Shown: piece by piece, positions 8,725-14,159 of the stretch
Layout: each line of letters begins with the position of its first letter
Numbering within the stretch: the first letter of the stretch is position 1
DNA from: Eubacteriales bacterium
Lineage (GTDB): Bacteria > Bacillota > Clostridia > Lachnospirales > JAVBKL01
Assembly (NCBI GenBank): GCA_031554055.1
Contig: JAVBKL010000002.1
Span: 1 to 14,159, forward strand
Direction of reading: 5' to 3'
Length of the DNA: 14,159 bases
The notes under the pieces: model-generated
Databases searched by the model: none
Told to the model about the DNA's origin: nothing
The model's input: only the letters and a program-made list of their open reading frames with translations
Translations under genes and position numbers: made by a program

Positions 8725-9603
8725 TTAATTTCCGTGCAATTGGGCTGCAATTTTTTGTGCGGTTGGGGTTGCGGCTACACCACCCTCGGCGGTTTCCCTC
8801 AAACAAGCGGGCATCATGTTTCCCACAGATTCCATTGCGTCGATTACCTCGTCCACAGGGATAATACTTTTGATTCCGCTTAAAGTAAGCTCGGCACAAG
8901 TAATGGCAACGCTTGCAGAAGATGCATTTCTTATCACGCAAGGTTCTTCCACAAGACCTGCCACAGGGTCACATACCAATCCCAAAAGACTCTTGAGCGT
9001 TTGAGCCGCAGCGTGTCCACATTCGTCTGGTGTGCCGCCCAAAATTTCTACAATCGCACTAGCCGCCATGGCCGCCGCCGAACCACATTCTGCTTGACAG
9101 CCGCCATGTGCACCCGACACAGAAGCCCTGTGGGAAATAACCATGCCGATTGCCGATGCATTGATTAGCCCCATAACCATTTTTTCTTCTGGGATTTCAA
9201 AATGTTTTTGCACAGTGCAAAGACAGGCAGGGATAATTCCACAACTGCCCGCCGTGGGTGCGGCAACAATTTTACCCATCGCCGCATTGTACTCCGCAAC
9301 CGATAAAGCACTCGAAATGATATCGGACATGAACCCTCCGGAAATTGTTTTTCCAAGTCCGCTTGCATGTTTCACTTTGTACGCCATGCCGCCTGTTAAA
9401 CCGCTCGTGGATTTTAAATTTTCGTCAAAACCTTGCTCAATCGAATTTTGCATAACCAAATAGGTTTCACGCATTTGTTGAAAAATATCTGCTTCACTTC
9501 TATCAAGACTCTCCGAAGATTCTTTGAGCATGAGTTCTGAAATACTCAAATTTCTTTCGGTTGCCTGTTCGATCAACTCTTGAACACTTTTAAACAATAC
9601 CAT
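8725..9603 (-). CDS. sdaAA: L-serine dehydratase, iron-sulfur-dependent, alpha subunit
   Basis: 292 aa with characteristic Cys-rich motifs (GSCGIIPACL, GGCQAECG). It lies 14 nt downstream of the beta subunit gene. Confidence 0.9.
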   Translation of the reverse strand: MVLFKSVQELIEQATERNLSISELMLKESSESLDRSEADIFQQMRETYLVMQNSIEQGFDENLKSTSGLTGGMAYKVKHASGLGKTISGGFMSDIISSALSVAEYNAAMGKIVAAPTAGSCGIIPACLCTVQKHFEIPEEKMVMGLINASAIGMVISHRASVSGAHGGCQAECGSAAAMAASAIVEILGGTPDECGHAAAQTLKSLLGLVCDPVAGLVEEPCVIRNASSASVAITCAELTLSGIKSIIPVDEVIDAMESVGNMMPACLRETAEGGVAATPTAQKIAAQLHGN

Positions 9604-9617
9604 TTTGCACCTCTCAC

Positions 9618-10280
9618 TTACATCAGTTTAGAAACAACAGTCGCCTTTTTTATATTCTTAGAATGAGATAGCGATAACACAATGTTTTTATCAAGTGACC
9701 CATCGGCTTCAATGAGCATGATGGCATCGCCGCCTTTTTCGGAACGGTACACGAGCATCCTTGCAATATTGATTTCCTCGTGCGAAAGTACATTGCAAAC
9801 AAAGGCAATCACACCACGCTTGTCCGTGTGGCTCACAATCAATGTATCGTATTGCCCATCGAACTCAACTGAAATGTCGTTTATCTTTCGAATCACCATG
9901 CAACCGCCGCCGATTGACTCACCTTGAATGGATAACGTCCCAAGCGCAAGGCTTTCCGCTTCAATCAAAACCGTGTTGGGATGTGCATTTGGAATATTAA
10001 TTGTCTCAAAAGAAAATTCGAGCCCGAGTTCCTTCGCAATAGGAAGGCTCGTTCTGATTCGCTCATCATCCGGTTTATACCCCATCACACCGGCAATGAT
10101 TGCCTTGTTGCTCCCATGCCCCTCATACGTTTTTGCAAACGAGCCGTGAAACTTCACCACGACTTTATCAGGTACCCCACCGAGAATACTGTGAACAACG
10201 TTGCCGATTCGTACAACGCCTGCGGTATGTGAACTCGAAGGCCCTACCATAACGGGGCCGATAATATCAAATAAATTCAT
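9618..10280 (-). CDS. sdaAB: L-serine dehydratase, iron-sulfur-dependent, beta subunit
   Basis: 220 aa. N-terminal MNLFDIIGPVMVGPSSSHTAG matches the SdaAB signature. C-terminal ACT-like region. RBS aaaggggg. Confidence 0.9.
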   Translation of the reverse strand: MNLFDIIGPVMVGPSSSHTAGVVRIGNVVHSILGGVPDKVVVKFHGSFAKTYEGHGSNKAIIAGVMGYKPDDERIRTSLPIAKELGLEFSFETINIPNAHPNTVLIEAESLALGTLSIQGESIGGGCMVIRKINDISVEFDGQYDTLIVSHTDKRGVIAFVCNVLSHEEINIARMLVYRSEKGGDAIMLIEADGSLDKNIVLSLSHSKNIKKATVVSKLM

Positions 10281-10348
10281 GTAGGTAAACCCCCTTTAAA
10301 AATTCTTCTAGTTAAACATAGCACCAATTGCATTTCAGTTCAATAGTA

Positions 10349-10457
10349 GACTTGTTCGATAACCGCTAGTATTTCAACTTTTATGGGGCGAAAATATCAG
10401 GCTTCAATGATTTTTCGTCACAAAACAGTTAGAAATTCTTAGGTTATCGAACAAGTC
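10349..10457. repeat. Perfect 16-bp inverted repeat (gacttgttcgataacc / ggttatcgaacaagtc) with a 77-nt spacer
   Basis: Read directly from the sequence. The arms are at 10349-10364 and 10442-10457. It sits in the sdaAB 5' region, which is also upstream of the Met-rich peptide gene. Confidence 0.6.
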
Positions 10458-10585
10458 GAGTAGTTAAAAATTTGTCGGGCTTTGTGTTTTTAGTATTGCC
10501 AAAAAAAATGTTTTTCTGGGACAGACAACAAAATTAAATTTGAGAGTACACTATACCATAACTATTTTTTGGGAGGTTTTCTTCT

Positions 10586-10750
10586 ATGAATAATGTTGGA
10601 GCAGGTTGTGGACCACAAGGCGGAAACAGCGATATGCTAATGCTTTTCTTCATGCTAATGATTATGTGCCCCGGAATGTTTGGCGGTATGGGCGATAATC
10701 CAATGATGATGTTAATGCTGATCATGATGATGAGTGGCGGACGGTTCTAG
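10586..10750 (+). CDS. 54-aa Met-rich hydrophobic micro-protein (MNNVGAGCGPQGGNSDMLMLFFMLMIMCPGMFGGMGDNPMMMLMLIMMMSGGRF)
   Basis: Strong RBS GGGAGG lies 9 nt before the ATG, and a terminator hairpin follows the stop. There is an internal tandem repeat: MLMLFFMLMIM and MMMLMLIMMM. The C-terminal 15 codons are duplicated at 14005-14049 with synonymous-only changes. It is below the ORF-track length cutoff. Confidence 0.6.
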   Translation: MNNVGAGCGPQGGNSDMLMLFFMLMIMCPGMFGGMGDNPMMMLMLIMMMSGGRF

Positions 10751-10766
10751 GGGAATATTTAGAAAT

Positions 10767-10808
10767 GAAAAAAGCTCGCAAGCTCGTGTAACTTGCGGGC
10801 TTTCTTCT
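10767..10808. terminator. Bidirectional terminator between the peptide gene (+) and the hydrolase gene (-)
   Basis: gaaaaaa, then agctcgcaag / ctcgtgtaa / cttgcgggct, then tttcttct. It runs into TTTTTT on the minus strand, so it is strongest for the hydrolase gene. Confidence 0.6.
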
Positions 10809-10850
10809 ATTCTGTACGACTGACATGCCAATAACCTCAGGTGAGATGAA

Positions 10851-12656
10851 TCATGGCTGGATCCAAGCCACTATATCTCCCAAAACAGTGCTATCTACAT
10901 GACTTGCGCTCTTATATTCTTCAGCAGTACCTGTTGTGGACAGCATAAACAAATGATTTAAGTCTGCGTATAGCTTAAATGCTACATTCGTTTTCCCGCT
11001 TAACAATGTTTGATATTCTTTATAATCCTTGTCGGGATAAACTTGAAAATCTTTGCCGCCTTGTAGTATCAGCACTGGTTTTTGAATGGCTTTTAAATAT
11101 GAAAAGGCAGGATGAGCCTCCATTTCTTTATAATAATAGCCAGAAGCTCCGACCAAAGTAATTTTCTTTGCATCCGCATCGGACATATCTTTTAAAGCTT
11201 CAAAGGTCGCAACCAATGCATCAACTTGACTTTGCCCTTTGATTTTAGTATCGCCCGTAAGCGTGTTTACGATAGCCATATATTGGTCACATATAACATC
11301 CGAAAGAGTGCGGGGTGTGCCTGCCATCATAATAATTCCTGCAAAGTTTCCGCCTTCCGCATCTATCCTTGGGGCAAGCATTCCACCTAAACTATGCCCA
11401 ATTATAAAAACCTTGTTTTTATCCATTCTTGCATCTGCTTTTAATATATTTGCTGCGAGTATTGCATCATCAATTGTTTCTTCTTCTACGGTAAACGCTG
11501 CAATATTTTGCGCAATTTGTTTTTGGTACACGTAAGTGCGCTTGTCATAACGCAAGACTGCAATTCCGTTTTCTGCAAGGTAATCAGCCATATCCTTAAA
11601 AGGTTTATTATTGTAAATCGTTTCATCTCTGTCGTTGGGACCAGAGCCGTGAACCAGAACAACAGAGGCCAAGGGCTTCTTTACATCTTTGGGTAATGTT
11701 AATGTGCCACTCAATTCATAATCTGTCCCCTTGCCGATTGTAATATTTTCTTCAATAATGCCAATATTTGATGGTATCATTTCTTTATAAACTCCCCCTC
11801 CTGCATGTTGCAAATTCACAATATAGACTGAGTGATTGGCCATGTCCACCAATATGGGATTCATCGACTTAAAGAAAGCATAACGCCCAACCTGACCGAT
11901 ATAGGTCGTGTCGTCAATACTTGATGAGGTATATGCTTCATTGTTTCCCTCAGGCTGGAGGAGCTTCACATCCTTGTGTAATTGGTCTTTTAGCCAATTT
12001 GTCACCTGTTCCTGCGTTTGTCCAGCATGATTTATGATGGCAGGGTCATCCACCCATACGACAGCGTGATAGGCCAACAAATCTCTGCTTGGATAGTTTT
12101 CCTCTTGAAACGCAGGTACATAACCCACGGTTTTACCCATCGATTCAGAGACAAACCTCAAAGGCACGTAGGTACGATTGTCATGGATGAAAGGAGGGGT
12201 TGATAACGTCTGGGGCGTGCCATTGACTATGGCACGGGCGTTGCCGATAGACATTGTAATTTTCATATCTGTTCCGCTAATTGTTACTTGATTCGTTTTA
12301 TTGTTCCACGCCACATTTGCGCCAAAAGATTCTGCTGTTACTCTTAATGGCACAAAAGAAGAATCGCCTTTTACAATCGCTTTGTAGGGCACGAATCGCC
12401 CATTTATCATTAGGAGACAATCATTTGGGTTCATATCAATACTACCATTTATAAAGGTATATGTGTAATCGTCTGTCATACCCTCGTCGGCTATTATGGA
12501 TTTACAAACGTATTCAGGCGTACTAGTAGAGTTAAGTGAGGTTTGTATGGTAGATTGTGTATTGGAAGAAATGTTATTAGCTATTTTAATGGTATTAAAA
12601 GTGAATGATAAAGCTAAACCCATTGCAACCATCTGGTAAATTTTTTTCATATTCAA
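10851..12656 (-). CDS. Secreted alpha/beta-hydrolase (GHSLGG nucleophile elbow) with N-terminal copper-amine-oxidase-N-terminal-like domain repeats
   Basis: Signal peptide MNMKKIYQMVAMGLALSFTF. Two segments with the Cu_amine_oxidN1-like motif (FVPLRVTAESFGANVAW; RTYVPLRFVSESMGKTVGY). C-terminal serine-hydrolase fold with GHSLGG. RBS AGGAGG is 8 nt before the ATG and abuts the stop of the upstream gene. Confidence 0.75.
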   Translation of the reverse strand: MNMKKIYQMVAMGLALSFTFNTIKIANNISSNTQSTIQTSLNSTSTPEYVCKSIIADEGMTDDYTYTFINGSIDMNPNDCLLMINGRFVPYKAIVKGDSSFVPLRVTAESFGANVAWNNKTNQVTISGTDMKITMSIGNARAIVNGTPQTLSTPPFIHDNRTYVPLRFVSESMGKTVGYVPAFQEENYPSRDLLAYHAVVWVDDPAIINHAGQTQEQVTNWLKDQLHKDVKLLQPEGNNEAYTSSSIDDTTYIGQVGRYAFFKSMNPILVDMANHSVYIVNLQHAGGGVYKEMIPSNIGIIEENITIGKGTDYELSGTLTLPKDVKKPLASVVLVHGSGPNDRDETIYNNKPFKDMADYLAENGIAVLRYDKRTYVYQKQIAQNIAAFTVEEETIDDAILAANILKADARMDKNKVFIIGHSLGGMLAPRIDAEGGNFAGIIMMAGTPRTLSDVICDQYMAIVNTLTGDTKIKGQSQVDALVATFEALKDMSDADAKKITLVGASGYYYKEMEAHPAFSYLKAIQKPVLILQGGKDFQVYPDKDYKEYQTLLSGKTNVAFKLYADLNHLFMLSTTGTAEEYKSASHVDSTVLGDIVAWIQP

Positions 12657-12662
12657 TTCCTC

Positions 12663-13475
12663 CTAAATATTATTTTTTAGTCTTTCGATTATATTTTGAA
12701 AACGACGCTCATTGGCAAGGGCGGAAAAGGCTGGATTATTTACTATTACATCAGCCATGCTTTGCTTTATTGTTTTTTCGTCACGCGGCAATGCTGTCCC
12801 TAATGGAAATTCCTCTAGCCAGTCATCCAGTAAATTGAAAAACCCATCCCCTTTTAACTGTAATGGGTATATATCACCTGTGACAATCTCTGTATATTTT
12901 TCCAATGTGCCAAGGCTTTTATCCATTTTTTCATTAATCAGGTATACTTGTGCGGCAGATAGATAGAAGTTCAATACAATAGACGGATGAAGGCTGTTTA
13001 TATCAAAGGTTTCCACTATGTTCATTGTTCGTCGATATACTTCCTCAAACCGTTTCGTATCGTCAGCGCATAACGCAAGATAAGAGGGGAATATCCCAAA
13101 CAGGGACATAATATGTTGGTATATGCCGACTTGTAGTATGGCCTTCGCTTCTTTCATTTTACCGACCATCTGGTAAGCCTGAGCAAGCAATGTTTCTGTG
13201 GAAACCACTGGTGCATTTGTTTCCCCAAGAAGTTCCAATACTTCATTCGCGTTACCAAGAGTGAGTGCACAAAGCGCTTCCTGCGATAATGCCTGTTTCG
13301 TCAATTCCACATCATCGCTTTCTTTTTTGACTCTAATGAAAAGCTCTCTTGCCTCCGAGATGATGGAGGTCATTTTATCAGTATCTTTACAAACTGCGCA
13401 GTAGTTAAAAAATAGCGCACCTATTTGAAATAGCAGCGGAAAACATGAAAAGTATTTCTTACGATTTCGCGGCAA
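12663..13475 (-). CDS. Helical-repeat (TPR/RNPP-like) domain protein, likely the C-terminal part of a split XRE-family regulator
   Basis: The track ORF has a TTG start. The first 34 codons look like out-of-frame translation, and plausible protein begins at MTSIISEAREL (ATG 13373, poor SD). It overlaps the upstream HTH ORF by 55 nt. Its stop is 6 nt before the hydrolase ATG, with the hydrolase RBS overlapping it. Confidence 0.5.
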   Translation of the reverse strand: MPRNRKKYFSCFPLLFQIGALFFNYCAVCKDTDKMTSIISEARELFIRVKKESDDVELTKQALSQEALCALTLGNANEVLELLGETNAPVVSTETLLAQAYQMVGKMKEAKAILQVGIYQHIMSLFGIFPSYLALCADDTKRFEEVYRRTMNIVETFDINSLHPSIVLNFYLSAAQVYLINEKMDKSLGTLEKYTEIVTGDIYPLQLKGDGFFNLLDDWLEEFPLGTALPRDEKTIKQSMADVIVNNPAFSALANERRFQNIIERLKNNI

Positions 13476-13768
13476 TGGTCCATAACTTCGTTAAACGGCT
13501 TGGTCGCAAAATCAGCCGATAATGATAGGTATAATTTACGAATATCCTCTTTAGTCATTTGCGGTTCATAACCCATCAAATCATCAATGCTAATATTAAA
13601 GTATGTTGCAAGTTGTGGAAGAAAAGTAATATCAGGATAGCTCTGCCCTGTTTCCCATTTTGAAATGGATGCTTTAGAAACGCCGATATAGGTTGCAAGG
13701 TCATCTTGTGTAATGTTTTTTTCTTTTCGCTTATGCACAATTACTTTTGCAATGTTTATTTCTTTCAT
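13421..13768 (-). CDS. XRE-family HTH DNA-binding protein (N-terminal part of a possible RNPP/Rgg-like regulator)
   Basis: Cro/C1 HTH (ITQDDLATYIGVSKASISKWETGQSYP). RBS GAGGTG is 6 nt before ATG 13768. The track's GTG at 13777 is less likely. The C-terminal 15-20 aa (RNTFHVFRCYFK) look like frame-shifted junk. Confidence 0.65.
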   Translation of the reverse strand: MKEINIAKVIVHKRKEKNITQDDLATYIGVSKASISKWETGQSYPDITFLPQLATYFNISIDDLMGYEPQMTKEDIRKLYLSLSADFATKPFNEVMDHCREIVRNTFHVFRCYFK

Positions 13769-13822
13769 ACGCCTCACCTCTGTTTAGAGTATACAAGTAA
13801 GCAGCTATTTACTCAATGGATT

Positions 13823-13856
13823 TGTGGTTGATTTTAGTTGAAAAAATCAACCCACA
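13823..13856. promoter_or_regulatory. Imperfect 13/14-bp palindrome (tgtggttgatttt agttga aaaatcaacccaca), candidate operator
   Basis: Read directly from the sequence. It lies about 55-85 bp upstream of the XRE regulator start. There is no adjacent T-tract on either strand, so it is unlikely to be a terminator. Confidence 0.35.
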
Positions 13857-14004
13857 GGCAACCAAATAAAAAAAGAAGTAATCTAATGGGAATGAGGATG
13901 ATTAATCTATTGAAATAGTGCGGAGCTTTTGTGACGAATTTTGGATTTTAAGAATAGCCTGTCGTAAAATGTAAATGTATTTAGTCTTTGCTTGACACTA
14001 GCAG

Positions 14005-14049
14005 ATGATGCTCATGCTGATTATGATGATGAGCGGCGGACGGTTCTAG
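14005..14049 (+). CDS. 14-aa Met-rich mini-ORF MMLMLIMMMSGGRF, a paralogous copy of the C-terminus of the 54-aa peptide
   Basis: The ORF has a stop and is followed 15 nt later by a GNRA-loop terminator. It is 88 percent identical to 10703-10753 over about 50 nt, with synonymous-only differences inside the ORF. No SD is recognisable, so translation is uncertain. Confidence 0.3.
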   Translation: MMLMLIMMMSGGRF

Positions 14050-14064
14050 GGAAAACCAAATTTT

Positions 14065-14092
14065 GGCGAGGGCGAAAGCTCTCGTCATTTTT
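14065..14092 (+). terminator. Rho-independent terminator with GAAA tetraloop
   Basis: ggcgagggc / gaaa / gctctcgtc, a 9-bp stem with two G-U pairs, followed by atttttg. Confidence 0.5.
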
Positions 14093-14159
14093 GTATTTAC
14101 TCAACTTTCGCACACATAAAAAGTGGGCGAAAGCTTGCAAATAACAAGATATAAAGCAT

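Noticed and set aside
10534-10725. 63-aa minus-strand ORF (MISINIIIGLSPIPPNIP...) antisense to the Met-rich peptide gene
   Set aside because: It has no SD upstream of its start. The plus-strand ORF has a strong GGGAGG RBS and a terminator. The paralog differences are synonymous in the plus-strand frame. It is most likely a shadow ORF of the Ile/His-rich complement of ATG-rich sequence.
13992-13997. Consensus TTGACA -35 hexamer immediately upstream of the mini-ORF
   Set aside because: No acceptable -10 lies at 16-19 nt. The nearest match, TATGAT, is 24 nt away and inside the ORF. A promoter here would start transcription downstream of the mini-ORF ATG. It is probably coincidental, or serves a different purpose.
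10703-14052. Integrative mobile element bounded by the 50-bp direct repeats
   Set aside because: There is no integrase, recombinase, transposase, or excisionase-like gene between the repeats, only the XRE-HTH, helical domain and hydrolase. I describe it as a duplication or rearrangement scar and not as a mobile element.
14005-14092. Met-codon-rich leader peptide acting in classical ribosome-mediated attenuation (his/trp-leader style)
   Set aside because: It is attractive because 7 of 14 codons are ATG and a terminator follows. However, no antiterminator alternative overlapping the terminator's 5' arm could be found upstream. The candidate alternative pairings lie downstream of the terminator. 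Met regulation in Firmicutes is normally SAM-riboswitch or T-box based. I kept only a weak mention in the findings.
1-14159. CRISPR arrays, tRNA/rRNA genes, IS elements
   Set aside because: There are no regularly spaced direct repeats, no tRNA-like cloverleaf-compatible segments, and no transposase-like ORFs in any frame.

Overview
This is a low-GC, Firmicutes-like chromosomal window with almost all genes on the minus strand. Reading left to right:

(i) an nfeD(yuaF)-like gene plus a flotillin (SPFH) gene forming an operon, ending at a bidirectional terminator;
(ii) a divergent small XRE-family HTH regulator with a good sigma-A promoter;
(iii) a flagellar filament locus in the order flagellin, an unusual 1088-aa protein with a FliK-like (Flg_hook) C-terminus, an unannotated 37-aa ORF, fliS, and a TPR membrane protein;
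(iv) the L-serine dehydratase operon sdaAB-sdaAA, whose leader carries a 16-bp inverted repeat with a 77-nt spacer;
(v) an accessory-looking module, which is the most interesting part. It contains a strongly RBS-driven 54-aa methionine-rich hydrophobic micro-protein with an internal tandem repeat, encoded on the plus strand. About 3.3 kb to its right lies a truncated 14-aa copy of its C-terminus (MMLMLIMMMSGGRF) that differs only by synonymous changes. Bracketed between the two copies, on the minus strand, is an operon of a split XRE-HTH and helical-repeat (RNPP/Rgg-like) regulator with a secreted alpha/beta-hydrolase. The mini-ORF is divergent from the regulator, which recalls an Rgg/SHP-type arrangement. 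I propose this as a candidate undescribed peptide-based regulatory or processing system.

No rRNA, tRNA, CRISPR array, transposase or integrase was recognised.
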